Assembly: GCA_023247795.1 (NCBI GenBank)
Contig: JAHFFT010000006.1
Span: 4,664-68,663, forward strand
DNA from: Candidatus Omnitrophota bacterium
Lineage (GTDB): Bacteria > Omnitrophota > Gorgyraeia > Zapsychrales > JANLHA01
DNA: 64,000 bases
Reading direction: 5' to 3'
Position numbers and translations under genes: made by a program. The notes under the pieces are model-generated. The model was not told the origin of the DNA and did not search any database. It saw only the letters and a program-made list of their open reading frames with translations. Below, one piece after another: positions 8,888 to 22,600 of the stretch (the stretch's first letter is position 1; each line of letters starts with the position of its first letter).

Positions 8888-10249
8888 ATGGACGACCTGC
8901 TTTTGAATATCTGGAAAAAAGCCCAACCGCTCATCAAGGCGAAAGTCGGTGAGTCCTCGTTCGAAACCTGGCTTGCTTCCCTGAACGTCGCTCCTAAAGA
9001 TCCACAGACGCTGTTGATCGAAACCCCGGATGAGTTTTTCAAAAATTGGATCAACGATCACTACATTCAAATCATTGAAAATGAAATCAATAGCCTGAGT
9101 TCCGTAAAGATTGCCGTCGAACTCATTGTTAACAACTCCGTTGCGGCCGCGGCATTGGGTAAAAAGGGGGCGCAAGAACGTTTTGCGCGCATCGAAAAAA
9201 ACTTTCAACAGGTTCAGGAAGCTCCGCAAGATCAAAATCTCAATCCCCGATTTCTTTTTGATAATTTTGTGGTCGGACCGTCAAACCGATTTTGTTATGC
9301 CGCCAGCTTAGCCGTCGCGGAATCTCCGGCGAAGGCGTACAATCCGCTCTTCATTTATGGTCCGGTGGGTCTTGGGAAAACGCATTTGATGCAAGCGATT
9401 TCGCATCAAATCAAAGTCAACCATCCAAACATTCACTCTTGTTATATCTCTTCCGAACGTTTTACCAACGAACTGATCGAAGCTATTCGTCATCGTTCAA
9501 CAACTCAATTCCGACAGAAATATCGCAATATTGACGTCCTTTTAATTGACGATATCCAATTCATTGCCGGAAAAGAAGCGACTCAGGAAGAATTTTTTCA
9601 TACATTCAACACCCTTCACAATAATCGCAAACAAATCATCATTTCCTCGGATCGTCCGCCAAAAGAAATTGTTAATTTGGAAGAGCGCTTGCGAAGCCGC
9701 TTTGCTTGGGGGTTGATCACCGACGTCCAGCCGCCGGATTTTGAGACCAGGGTAGCGATTCTACGAAAAAAAATTGAACGCGAACCCGTGAATGTTCCTG
9801 ATGATGTCATTGATTTTATTGCGGAACAAATCAAAACCAATATCCGTGAGTTGGAAGGGGCTCTGATTCGGGTGATCGCTTACTCTTTATTGGAAGAAAA
9901 ATTGATTTCCCTAGAAATGACGAAGGTGATATTAAAGGATATGGTAAAAAATACAGTAAAAATGATTAGTGTTGAAATGATTCAAAATAGGGTCGCTGAA
10001 TTTTTTAATATCTCCTTAGGTGATCTCAAAGCAAAACGCCGAAGTAAAAACATCATTTTACCTCGCCAGGTTGCCATGTACTTATCCCGGCACTTAACTG
10101 AGCTTTCTCTTCCGGAAATAGGAAATGTGTTTGGTGGTAAAGATCATACGACTGTATTACATTCCTGTAAAAAAATTGAGAAAGAAATAAAAAATAATCA
10201 AGAACTTAAAAACTCCGTCAATCAATTGATCATCGAATTGAAACGATAA
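8888..10249 (+). CDS. dnaA: chromosomal replication initiator DnaA
   Basis: Walker A GPVGLGKTHLMQAI, AAA+ sensor motifs and a C-terminal DNA-binding domain ...VAMYLSRHLTELSLPEIGNVFGGKDHTTVLH. Confidence 0.95.
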   Translation: MDDLLLNIWKKAQPLIKAKVGESSFETWLASLNVAPKDPQTLLIETPDEFFKNWINDHYIQIIENEINSLSSVKIAVELIVNNSVAAAALGKKGAQERFARIEKNFQQVQEAPQDQNLNPRFLFDNFVVGPSNRFCYAASLAVAESPAKAYNPLFIYGPVGLGKTHLMQAISHQIKVNHPNIHSCYISSERFTNELIEAIRHRSTTQFRQKYRNIDVLLIDDIQFIAGKEATQEEFFHTFNTLHNNRKQIIISSDRPPKEIVNLEERLRSRFAWGLITDVQPPDFETRVAILRKKIEREPVNVPDDVIDFIAEQIKTNIRELEGALIRVIAYSLLEEKLISLEMTKVILKDMVKNTVKMISVEMIQNRVAEFFNISLGDLKAKRRSKNIILPRQVAMYLSRHLTELSLPEIGNVFGGKDHTTVLHSCKKIEKEIKNNQELKNSVNQLIIELKR

Positions 10250-10329
10250 TAAAGAAGAAATGAACAGTTATTCCCCAACTTAAATTTTCACAACCATTTG
10301 AAAATATAAGACTTTTAAGGTTATTCAAA

Positions 10330-10338
10330 TTATCCACA
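10330..10338 (+). promoter_or_regulatory. consensus DnaA box TTATCCACA in the dnaA-dnaN spacer
   Basis: Exact 9-mer match. The surrounding 150-bp spacer is AT-rich. Confidence 0.55.
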
Positions 10339-10402
10339 ACATTACTACGATTACTATTTTTTAAATTTACTACATTAATAATCGTAGGGGTATTGGAGGA
10401 AA

Positions 10403-11497
10403 GTGGTCATGAAGATCAAATTATCAAAAGAACAACTCTTAAATGGTATTCAAATCGTACAAAATATTGTATCAACAAAAACAACATTACCAATTTTATC
10501 AAACATGTTGTTAGAAACGCGGTCTGGGCATATTAAGCTCAATACTACCGATTTAGATATCGGAATATCTTGTGAAATTCCTGTGGATACTCTTGAAGAA
10601 GGGGCCATAACAATTCCCGCGAAACGGTTTGGTGATATTGTTAGAGAATTGCCAAGTGGAGATGTGATTATCAGTGCTAAGAAAAATAATCAGATTGATA
10701 TTGAAGGACAGAAATGCCGATTCAAATTGATTGGCTTACCAAAAGAGGAATTTCCTAAATTTCCAGAGTTTAAAGATAAGGAAGTGGTGAAAATAGAGCA
10801 AGCCACTTTCAAAGACATGATCCGCATGACTTCATTCGCGGTTTCCCATGAAGAGTCTCGATATGTTTTAAATGGGATTTTATTGGAAATCAAAGATAAT
10901 AAAATGCGAATGGTGGCAACAGATGGACGTAGATTAGCAAAAATTGAAAAAAATTTACAAACATCACTAAAAAAAGACATTTCTACCATCATCCCCATTA
11001 AAGCGATTCAAGAGATCTTTCGCAATCTCAACGATGAAGGGATGATTTCTTTTATTACCAGCGCAAATCAAGCTCTCTTTGATGTTGATGGGATTTTAAT
11101 TGCCAGTCGTATCATTGAAGGGGAATTCCCAAACTACAATCAAGTCATCCCACCACCCAATAATCAAAAAATCACCGTGAATACACAGGCATTGTTAAGC
11201 GCTATTCGCAGAGCAAATCTATTATCAACACCTGATTTTCAAGCGAGTAAGTTTGAAGTTTTTTCTGATAAAATCGTTGTTTCTAAAAGCACACCTGATG
11301 TGGGAGAGTCGCGGGAAGAGGTTCCCATTGAATATAAGGGTAAGGAAATGATGGTGGGTTTCAATCCCCAATATTTTATTGATGTCTTAAAGAACATAAC
11401 AGCGGAAAATATTGATCTGGAACTTTTAGGTCCGGACAAGGCTGGGGTGATTCGTCTCGACGAATATCTTTATCTATGTTTGCCGATGCGCATTTGA
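10403..11497 (+). CDS. dnaN: DNA polymerase III beta sliding clamp
   Basis: 364 aa with a three-domain clamp pattern (MKIKLSKEQLLNGIQIVQNIV...), directly after dnaA. Confidence 0.95.
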   Translation: MVMKIKLSKEQLLNGIQIVQNIVSTKTTLPILSNMLLETRSGHIKLNTTDLDIGISCEIPVDTLEEGAITIPAKRFGDIVRELPSGDVIISAKKNNQIDIEGQKCRFKLIGLPKEEFPKFPEFKDKEVVKIEQATFKDMIRMTSFAVSHEESRYVLNGILLEIKDNKMRMVATDGRRLAKIEKNLQTSLKKDISTIIPIKAIQEIFRNLNDEGMISFITSANQALFDVDGILIASRIIEGEFPNYNQVIPPPNNQKITVNTQALLSAIRRANLLSTPDFQASKFEVFSDKIVVSKSTPDVGESREEVPIEYKGKEMMVGFNPQYFIDVLKNITAENIDLELLGPDKAGVIRLDEYLYLCLPMRI

Positions 11498-11498
11498 A

Positions 11499-14224
<2,726 letters not shown>

Positions 14225-14232
14225 TGGTATTT

Positions 14233-14350
14233 AAGTAACAAGTTGCAGGTTGCAGGTTTCGGGCAAAAAATTTTGCGATAAAGTCCTTGTCACTTGTCAC
14301 TTGTGACTTGTAACATGAGACTTACTTGAGACCTGCAGCATGAGACTTGA
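14233..14350. repeat. intergenic repeat family C (AAGTAACAAGT...GTGACTTGTAAC...TGAGAC) with terminal dyad GTTGCAGGT/ACCTGCAGC
   Basis: Starts at the gyrB stop codon. Related copies at 17793, 23772, 23866 and 25753. Confidence 0.6.
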
Positions 14351-14375
14351 TTCTTTATAGAGAAAGGTTTTCAGC

Positions 14376-16835
14376 ATGAACAGTTTATCACTCAAAGAAA
14401 AAATCATCCCCGTCGCTATTGAAGACGAAATGAAGAGTTCGTATTTGGCCTATTCCATGAGCGTCATCGTGGGGCGGGCCTTGCCGGATGTGAGGGACGG
14501 CCTTAAGCCGGTCCATCGCCGGATTCTGTACGCGATGAAGGAGTTGAATCTTGAGCACAACAAGCCATATAAAAAGAGCGCGCGTATCGTCGGTGAGGTC
14601 TTAGGGAAATATCATCCGCACGGAGACGCGGCCGTGTATGAAACCATGGTGCGCATGGTGCAAGATTTTTCTTTGCGCTATCCACTGATCGACGGTCAGG
14701 GAAACTTTGGTTCGGTTGACGGTGATGCCGCGGCCGCCATGCGCTATACGGAAGCGCGGCTGGCGGCTATCGCCGACTACATCCTCAACGACATTGAAAA
14801 ACAGACGGTTGATTTTTCTCCCAACTTTGACGGTTCGCTGAAAGAGCCGCAACTTTTGCCAGCGATTGTCCCGAATCTTTTAGTGAACGGGTCTTCGGGG
14901 ATCGCGGTCGGCATGGCCACAAATATGGCCCCCCACAATTTGTCGGAGACCGTGGATGGGATCATCCATTTGGTTGACCAGCCGGAAGCCACTATCAAGG
15001 ATTTGATGAAATTTGTTAAGGGACCGGATTTTCCGACGGGTGGGATCATCTGCGGCCGCGAAGGAATCAAAGAGGCCTACGAAACCGGACGGGGAAAATT
15101 GACGTTGCGCGCCAAGGCCTCCATCGAACGGCAAAAAGGAAATAAAGACACCATTGTTGTCACGGAAATTCCTTACCAAGTCAATAAAGCGAACCTGATC
15201 ACGGCCATTGCCGATCTGGTGCAGAATAAAAGTGTCGACGGGATTACCGATATCCGCGACGAAAGCGACAAGGAAGGGATCCGGGTCGTCATTGAACTGC
15301 GTCGGGACGCTCAGCCGGAAATCATCCTCAACTACCTTTATAAACACTCGCAATTGGAAACGACGTTTGGGATCATCAATCTGGCACTGGTGAACAACAG
15401 TCCACGTATCTTGAACCTCAAGCAATTGATGAGTCATTATATCGCCCATCGAAGGGTGGTGATCCGTCGGCGAACACAATTTGATTTGGACCGGGCCTTG
15501 TACCGCGCGCATATTTTGGAAGGATTAAAAATCGCCATTGAATCGATCAACGAGATCATCCGCACGATCCGTTCTTCGAAAAGCACGGCAGAGGCCAAGG
15601 TCAACTTGATGAAGCAGTTCAAACTGAGCGAGATCCAGGCCCAGGCGATCCTTGAGATGCAACTGCAGCGATTGACCGCATTGGAACGGGACAAAATCGA
15701 GGAAGAATACCAGGCCTTATTGAAAGACATCGAACGGTTTCGCGCGATTTTGGCGTCGGAGAAATTGATCGACGGGATCATCAAAGACGAACTCCTGGAG
15801 GTTAAGAAAAAATTTCAGGATGAGCGCCGCACCGAGATTGCCGGCAAGGCCGACGAGATCGAAGTGGAAGATTTGATCGCCGAAGAAGACATGGTGATCA
15901 CCATCAGCAATACCGGATATATCAAGCGGCTTCCTGCCAGCGCTTACCGTCGGCAAAAGCGCGGCGGCAAAGGTGTTACGGCCATGACGACCAAGGAAGA
16001 AGACTTTGTCCAACATTTGTTTGTCGCTTCATCCAAAGATTATTTATTGGTGTTTTCCAATAGCGGGATTGTCCGCTGGCTTAAGGTCTATGAGCTTCCG
16101 ATTGCTTCGCGCATCGCCAAGGGCAAGGCGATCGTGAACTTGTTGTCTTTTGGAAAAGAGGAAAATTTAAGCTCGATTGTCGCGGTCAAGGAATTTACCG
16201 ATGATCAATTTGTGGTGATGGGGACGGCGCGAGGGAATGTCAAAAAGACCAAATTGTCGGCCTTTAGCAATCCGCGCAAAGGCGGGATTGTTGGTATCTC
16301 GCTGGACAAGGGCGATCGTTTGATCGGGACTTCGCTCAGCAACGGCAAACACGAAATCCTTTTTGCCACAAAAGAAGGCAAGGCCTTGCGCTTTTCAGAG
16401 AAACAAATCCGCGATATGGGCCGGGGCGCCAGAGGGGTCAGGGGCATCAATTTGGGCAAGAGCGATGAAGTGGTCAGCATGCAGGTTTTTCCCACCGACA
16501 TTGAGAAGACCGAATGTAAGGTTTTGACCGTGTCTTCGTTAGGATTTGCCAAAAAGACCGATTTTCAAGAATACCGCAACCAATCCCGCGGGGGTAAGGG
16601 GATCATCAATATGAAAGTGATGGAAAAAAACGGGCATGTGGTTGGGGTGTTGGCGGTCATGCCAGATGACGAGATCATCAGTGTAAGCAAAAAGGGCATG
16701 GTTGTGCGCTGCTCAACCTCTGATATCCGTGAAACCGGGCGCAGCACGCAAGGCGTCAGGCTCGTTTCTTTGCAAAAAGATGATACCGTAACCTCGGTTG
16801 CCAACATCGCCGCTAAAGATGTTGAGGCGATCTAA
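14376..16835 (+). CDS. gyrA: DNA gyrase subunit A
   Basis: Active-site region [11 protein letters not shown] and C-terminal beta-pinwheel repeats. Confidence 0.95.
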   Translation: MNSLSLKEKIIPVAIEDEMKSSYLAYSMSVIVGRALPDVRDGLKPVHRRILYAMKELNLEHNKPYKKSARIVGEVLGKYHPHGDAAVYETMVRMVQDFSLRYPLIDGQGNFGSVDGDAAAAMRYTEARLAAIADYILNDIEKQTVDFSPNFDGSLKEPQLLPAIVPNLLVNGSSGIAVGMATNMAPHNLSETVDGIIHLVDQPEATIKDLMKFVKGPDFPTGGIICGREGIKEAYETGRGKLTLRAKASIERQKGNKDTIVVTEIPYQVNKANLITAIADLVQNKSVDGITDIRDESDKEGIRVVIELRRDAQPEIILNYLYKHSQLETTFGIINLALVNNSPRILNLKQLMSHYIAHRRVVIRRRTQFDLDRALYRAHILEGLKIAIESINEIIRTIRSSKSTAEAKVNLMKQFKLSEIQAQAILEMQLQRLTALERDKIEEEYQALLKDIERFRAILASEKLIDGIIKDELLEVKKKFQDERRTEIAGKADEIEVEDLIAEEDMVITISNTGYIKRLPASAYRRQKRGGKGVTAMTTKEEDFVQHLFVASSKDYLLVFSNSGIVRWLKVYELPIASRIAKGKAIVNLLSFGKEENLSSIVAVKEFTDDQFVVMGTARGNVKKTKLSAFSNPRKGGIVGISLDKGDRLIGTSLSNGKHEILFATKEGKALRFSEKQIRDMGRGARGVRGINLGKSDEVVSMQVFPTDIEKTECKVLTVSSLGFAKKTDFQEYRNQSRGGKGIINMKVMEKNGHVVGVLAVMPDDEIISVSKKGMVVRCSTSDIRETGRSTQGVRLVSLQKDDTVTSVANIAAKDVEAI

Positions 16836-16901
16836 CTCTTTTTCCTTGACCGGAAACGGCTGTTTTGAATATAATACCCTCTTTTGTTCTACGTAATAAT
16901 T

Positions 16902-17058
16902 GACCATGCCGACTAGCCTGGTCAGGACACCCCGTCTTCGGCGGGGCAAGCGGGTTTGGCAGTGTCTTATCAATAAAAGCATTTTTGACCCCATCGTCTA
17001 GCCTGGTCAGGACACCCCGCCTTTGGCGGGGCAAGCGGGCTTGACAGTGTTCTATCAA
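16902..17058 (+). pseudogene. two tandem degenerate tRNA-Glu-like copies (5' half plus GC hairpin), period about 85 nt
   Basis: Each unit opens with GACC(C)CATCGTCTAGCCTGGTCAGGACAC, identical to the 5' half of the downstream tRNA-Glu. A CCCCG-loop-CGGGG hairpin and a conserved AT-rich spacer replace the anticodon and T arms. Neither unit has a 3' acceptor strand. Confidence 0.5.
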
Positions 17059-17071
17059 AAAAAGTATTTTC

Positions 17072-17145
17072 GACCCCATCGTCTAGCCTGGTCAGGACAC
17101 AAGCTTTTCAAGCTTGCAGCGCGGGTTCAAATCCCGCTGGGGTCG
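17072..17145 (+). tRNA. tRNA-Glu (anticodon TTC)
   Basis: GACCCCATCGTCTAGCCTGGTCAGGACACAAGCTTTTCAAGCTTGCAGCGCGGGTTCAAATCCCGCTGGGGTCG. Acceptor GACCCCA/TGGGGTC and T-arm GCGGGTTCAAATCCCGC. Confidence 0.85.
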
Positions 17146-17240
17146 CAAATATCAGGGCTTGAGTTAAAACTGACTTTTTGAGTTTCGGGCGGCGATAAGA
17201 TTAATTAACGCCGCTGGTATAAAAATATAAGGAAAGGGGG

Positions 17241-17612
17241 GTGATCAGAATGAAAGCATTTTTGAAATTAGCAGGTTGTTTTCTTTTGGCAATCGGATTG
17301 TTCCACGCTTATCCATCGGCTGTTTTTTCAGCAGACGAGGCCGGGATGGGTTCTGCCGCTGCGACAACTGGCAAACTGTCTGGCACCATCGCTTTTGTCG
17401 ATGCAGACAAGCAGTACATTGATGTTGAATATATGCCGGAAGGAATGACGGATCAAAAGACGGAAACTTTGAGTTTGCCGGCTACGGCCAAGATTATGAA
17501 GGCCGCTCAGGCAGCTACTTCCGCGGATTTGAAGGCAGGAGACAAGGTCGCCGTCGAGTACAGTGTCAACAGTTACGGTAAGAAGGTCATTGATGCTTTG
17601 ACGATTGAATAA
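17241..17612 (+). CDS. secreted small protein, possibly a CusF-like periplasmic metal-binding protein
   Basis: Signal peptide MKAFLKLAGCFLLAIGLFHAYPSAV, a short beta-rich body with Met-rich YMPEGM, and position upstream of a Cus-like pump. Confidence 0.4.
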   Translation: MIRMKAFLKLAGCFLLAIGLFHAYPSAVFSADEAGMGSAAATTGKLSGTIAFVDADKQYIDVEYMPEGMTDQKTETLSLPATAKIMKAAQAATSADLKAGDKVAVEYSVNSYGKKVIDALTIE

Positions 17613-17792
17613 GAATCGATGTTTTTATCAAAATCATCAGTGATCAAGAGTTGAAGAACGTCGCCGAATCCACAAGAACGGGAGACGATGTTTTCGGGTA
17701 AATCTTACCAAAGGTAAGACGGGAAAATCTGCCAACCGCACCCTTAACTAATCCCGTAGGCGTAGGCAGATATTTTCGGGTCGGTCTCTGGA

Positions 17793-17863
17793 AAGTAACA
17801 AGTCACAAGCTGCAAGTCTCAAGTTGAAAATGACGTGTGACTTGTAACTTGAGACATGAGACT
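17793..17863. repeat. intergenic repeat family C copy
   Basis: AAGTAACAAGTCACAAGCTGCAAGTCTCAAGTTGAAAATGACGTGTGACTTGTAACTTGAGACATGAGACT. Internal complementary blocks ACAAGTCAC/GTGACTTGT and GTCTCAAGTT/AACTTGAGAC. Confidence 0.6.
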
Positions 17864-17939
17864 ATTTTAAAAAGCCGTGCTGAGTTTTTTTTAGCATCCA
17901 GAGCTTGACATAACCTCATGGGTATGTTAAAAATGAAAT

Positions 17940-18305
17940 ATGAAGAATAAAGCGTTTACCAAAGCCGGAGTTAGTTTTCTTATTATCACGGTTTTCTTTG
18001 CGTACACGTTTTGCTGCAGCTTTTCGGGTTTGCTGCAAGCACAGCGAGGATGCCAAGCCTGCCATCAGCAGATGGCAGCTGCCTCCACAAAAGATCATTG
18101 CTGCAAAACTCAATATCAGGCCGATTTTCCCAACCGCTTCTCCTATAATACCGCACAGAAGGCAACGGTTTTTGCCTCCCTTGAGTCCTTAGCTGATCTA
18201 TCAAACCTTCTGAGAGTAAAATTCGATTTAGCCTATCTTGATGGTCCGCCCGGACCGATTTCCAATACACCTTTTTATATTCAATTCCGTAATCTTCGTA
18301 TCTAA
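17940..18305 (+). CDS. hypothetical Cys/His-rich small exported protein
   Basis: Hydrophobic N-terminus followed by ...CCSFSGLLQAQRGCQACHQQ...DHCCKTQYQ. Weak coding evidence. Confidence 0.3.
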   Translation: MKNKAFTKAGVSFLIITVFFAYTFCCSFSGLLQAQRGCQACHQQMAAASTKDHCCKTQYQADFPNRFSYNTAQKATVFASLESLADLSNLLRVKFDLAYLDGPPGPISNTPFYIQFRNLRI

Positions 18306-18387
18306 TCCTTCAATTCAAGAAATCCCATTTGTCGTTTAAAACGCGTTGGGAGTGTTTTAGCTATTGAACTAAGGAATGGAGTGAGCT

Positions 18388-19698
18388 ATGAAGAACCGGA
18401 AAATAATTTTAATCATTTTGTTAACAGCCGTGGCGGCTGGCACAGCAGGGTTGTTATTTAAAAAACAGCAAGCATCGGGCGGGTTTGTTAATCATCCGCA
18501 TAAGGAGAGTTATTACTGTCCCATGCATCCGCAATATACCAGCGATCGACCTGGTACTTGTCCGATTTGTCAAATGAAACTGGTAAAGAAGGAGCAGCCT
18601 GTTCCGTCAACAGCTGCTGCTTCTACGCCAACTTCTGTTCAGAAAATTCTTTATTGGACCGATCCCATGATCCCGGGATATAAAGCCAGCGGGCCAGGGA
18701 AGTCACCGATGGGAATGGATTTAGTTCCTGTTTATGAGGAAGGCGCCGCTGCAGAAAAACAGGCAGCGGCTACGGTTCCCGGGTATTCGATGGTCACCGT
18801 GGAGGGACAAAAGCAGCAGATCATCGGTATCAAAACTGCTTTGGTGACAAAACAAAATTTAGTTAAAACCATTCATGCCTATGGTTATGTGGCGCATGAT
18901 TTGGAATTGTACGACGCGCAATTGGCCTACATCGAGGCCTGGCGCGCGTATTACCCTTTTCTTTATCGTCGAGAAAGCCGTGATGAGTATCATACGGATT
19001 GGCGAAAATATTACAAGCAATCACCAGCACAAAGTCGCTGGCGCAGCGATGAAAAAGTTAAAGCGCAACAGCAATTGCTTAAAGCCGAATACGAATTGAT
19101 CCACTTGGGGTTAACAGAAACACAGCTTCGGCAGTTGCGGCAGATCAAATATGGTCAGCTATGGGTACAGCCGGATTTGTTATTCTTCGATGAAAATAAT
19201 CCGAAATGGATTTACGCGCAAATTCCGGAAAACGATTTAGGGTTTATCAGCGTCGGTCAAAATGTCGTAGTCACCATTCCGACCTATGGTGAAAAAACAG
19301 CAGGGATTGTTAAAGGTGTGGCGCCGGTTGTTGATCCCGCTACTCGCACCACTCGCGTCCGGGTCGAATTGCCGGACTATCGAGGAGAGTTGAGTGTCAA
19401 TATGTTTGCGGATGTTGATTTTCCCGTCGAGCTGGACGCGTCCCTGGTCATTCCGCGGGAGGCGATGATGGATTTGGGTTTGAGCAAAATCGTTTTCGTC
19501 CAGGTTCGGGAAGGGGTTTTTGAACCCCGGCGTATCGAAACGGGCATGGATGGAGACGGCATGGTGGCGGTCAAATCCGGACTCAACGAAGGCGAGGTCA
19601 TCGTTACCTCCGGCAATTTTCTTTTGGATTCCGAAAGCCGGCTGCAGGCTTCCTTAATGGAGGGGATGGAGGGAATGGAGGGCGGTCAACATGATTGA
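18388..19698 (+). CDS. heavy-metal efflux membrane-fusion protein (CusB/CzcB-like)
   Basis: N-terminal YYCPMHPQY...CPICQMKL metal-binding motif, then periplasmic-adaptor beta-barrel and lipoyl-like regions. Overlaps the downstream RND pump start. Confidence 0.8.
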   Translation: MKNRKIILIILLTAVAAGTAGLLFKKQQASGGFVNHPHKESYYCPMHPQYTSDRPGTCPICQMKLVKKEQPVPSTAAASTPTSVQKILYWTDPMIPGYKASGPGKSPMGMDLVPVYEEGAAAEKQAAATVPGYSMVTVEGQKQQIIGIKTALVTKQNLVKTIHAYGYVAHDLELYDAQLAYIEAWRAYYPFLYRRESRDEYHTDWRKYYKQSPAQSRWRSDEKVKAQQQLLKAEYELIHLGLTETQLRQLRQIKYGQLWVQPDLLFFDENNPKWIYAQIPENDLGFISVGQNVVVTIPTYGEKTAGIVKGVAPVVDPATRTTRVRVELPDYRGELSVNMFADVDFPVELDASLVIPREAMMDLGLSKIVFVQVREGVFEPRRIETGMDGDGMVAVKSGLNEGEVIVTSGNFLLDSESRLQASLMEGMEGMEGGQHD

Positions 19699-22600
19699 GA
19701 AAATGATTGATCTCTGCGCCCGGCAAAAATTTTTGGTTTTGATTTTTTTATTTGCCGCCATCGTCGCTTCGGTTTGGGCGGTGAAAAATATACCGCTCGA
19801 TGCTATTCCTGACCTTTCCGACACCCAGGTCATCATTTATTCCCGCTGGGATCGCAGCCCGGATTTGGTTGAGGATCAAGTCACGTATCCGATCGTTTCC
19901 GCTTTATTAGGAGCACCGGGTGTTAAGGCCATTCGCGGTTTTTCCGATTTCGGGTTCTCTTATGTGTACGTGATTTTCAAAGACGGCACCGATTTGTATT
20001 GGGCGCGAAGCCGGGTTTTGGAATATCTCAGTAAAATCACGTCCCGGCTGCCGGAAGGTGTTAAGACCGAATTGGGGCCGGATGCGACCGGGGTGGGCTG
20101 GGTCTTGCAATACGCCCTGGTCGATAAGAGCGGCAAACATGATTTGGGGGATCTGCGCAGTTTTCAAGATTGGCATTTGCGCTATTGGCTGCAAGCCGTC
20201 CCTGGTGTTGCCGAGGTCGCCTCGGCCGGAGGGTTTGTCAAACAATATCAAATCACCGTCGATCCGCGCAAATTGTTGGCCTATCACATCCCGATCACGA
20301 AAGTTATTGAAGCCGTGCGGCAAGGGAACCAGGAAACCGGTGGCCGCCTAGTCGAGTTTACCGGCGCGGAATACATGATCCGCGGGCATGGCTATGTGAA
20401 ATCAATTGAGGATTTGGAACGGATCGGCCTCGGCGCTGACGTTAACGGCACGCCGATCATCGTCAAAGATGTTGCCCGGGTCGTCCTGGGCGGCGATATC
20501 CGTCGAGGTGTTTTGGATCTCAACGGCCAGGGAGATGTTGTCGGCGGCACCATTGTCATGCGCCAAGGGGAGAACGCCTTAAAGGTGATTGACGCGGTTA
20601 AAGCAAAATTCAAAGCGATCGAACCGTCTTTGCCCGCAGGCGTCAAGATTGAGATCACCTATGATCGTTCCGATCTCATTTTGCGCGCCATGGAGCATCT
20701 TAAGAAACAGTTGCTGGAAGAAATGCTCATCGTCAGTTTGGTCATCTTGGTTTTTTTATGGCATCTGCCGTCGGCCTTCATTCCGATTGTGACGATCCCG
20801 GTCGCGGTATTGATCTCGTTCATTCCGTTGTTGGGAATGAAATTGACGTCCAACATCATGTCGCTGGCCGGCATTGCCATATCCATCGGCATCTTAGTCG
20901 ACGGGGCGATTGTGCAGATGGAAAATGTTTATAAGCGTCTCGAAGAATGGGAGGCCAATGGCCGCCGGGAACAACAACGTGATGTTGTTTTAAGGGCGCT
21001 GAAAGAGGTTGCCCCGTCGGTATTTTTCGCGCTCTTGGTCATTGCGGTATCGTTCTTGCCGATTTTTACACTCTTGGATCAAGAAGGACGTTTGTTCAAA
21101 CCATTGGCTTGGTCAAAGACGTTTGTGATGGCGATCGCCGCTGTTTTGGTGGTCACTTTGAATCCGGTGTTGCGATTGCTATTTACGCGGACCAAGCCTT
21201 TTACCGGACGACCGCGATGGTTCATGAAGTTAGCAAATGGTTTGTTCATCGGCCGTTATTACCCGGAAGAGAAACATCCGATCAGCCGGGTATTATTTTC
21301 GGTGTATGAGCCCGTGTGCCGATTTGTTCTTAAGCACGCGAAGGCAACTATCGTCGCCGCGTTGTTGTTGGTGGCCAGCACGGTGCCCATTGTTCTCAGA
21401 TTGGGTTCGGAATTCATGCCGCCCTTATGGGAAGGACAAATTCTTTATATGCCCATCACCATGCCCGGGATCTCGGTGGCCGAGGCGCAGAAATTATTGC
21501 AGGAACAGGACAGGATTCTTAAAAGTTTTCCGGAGGTTGATAAAGTTTTCGGTAAGGCTGGCCGCGTTGGAAGCGCCACTGATCCGGCACCGCTTTCGAT
21601 GATGGAGACGGTGGTGCTGTTAAAGCCGGAAAAGGAATGGCGTCGGGTCAAAGGACAGCGGATCACCCACGAAGAGTTGATCGCGGAAATGGACAAGGCC
21701 TTAAAAATTTCCGGGACGACCAATGCCTGGACCATGCCGATTAAAAATCGTATCGACATGCTCTCGACGGGGGTGCGCACTCCGATTGGGATCAAAGTTC
21801 TGGGAAGCGATTTGAAAGTGATTGATCAAATCGGTAGGGAGTTGGAGCTGCTGTTAAAAGACGTTCCCGGCACCCGCAGTGTTTTTGCCGAGCGAACCCA
21901 GGGCGGGTATTTTTTGGATTTTGATCTTAAGCGCGATCAGTTGGCCCGTTACCAATTGTCCGTTGCCGACGCGCAAATGACCATCCAATCCGCGATCGGC
22001 GGTGAAAATATCACGACCACGGTTGAGGGTCGAGAACGGTATGGCGTCCAGGTCCGGTATCCTAGGGCATTTCGCGACGACGTGGATCAATTGAGCCGGG
22101 TCTTGATCGCGACACCATCGGGTGCGCAAATTGCCATTGGTCAAGTGGCGGATATTGTCGTGCGTACCGGCCCGTCGATGATCCGTAATGAAAACGGGCT
22201 GCTTGCCGGATATGTTTATGTTGACGTGGCGGGCCGCGACATTGGTACCTATGTCGAAGAGGCAAAGAAAAAAGTGCGTGAGCAGCTCAAGCTTCCCGAA
22301 GCGTACAGTTTGGTTTGGAGTGGGCAATATGAAAATATGCTGCGCGTCCGGGAACGGCTCAAAGTTGTTGTACCGTTCACACTTTTTATCATTGCCTTGT
22401 TGCTTTATTTCAATACCAAATCTTGGGTGAAGACCGGAATCGTTTTATTGGCCGTGCCGTTTTCTTTGGTTGGTGCTTTTTGGCTGTTGTGGATGTTAGG
22501 GTACAATTTATCGATCGCGGTTTGGGTCGGGATGATTGCCTTAATGGGTCTCGACGCTGAAACTGGTGTTTTGATGCTGCTTTTTTTGGATTTGGCGTAT

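Noticed and set aside
16902-17058. CRISPR array or riboswitch interpretation of the three 85-nt direct repeats upstream of tRNA-Glu
   Set aside because: The repeat units correspond to the 5' half of tRNA-Glu itself, and the spacers between them are conserved rather than unique. No cas genes are nearby.
17640-17790. Possible small RNA or riboswitch with direct repeat AT(G/A)TTTTCGGGT and short hairpins
   Set aside because: Only two short repeats and weak stems. Not enough evidence to call an RNA element.
19907-22327. Antisense ORFs inside the RND pump gene (19907..20323-, 21854..22327-, 21237..21602+)
   Set aside because: They overlap a continuous 1071-aa RND transporter with conserved architecture and show no motifs.
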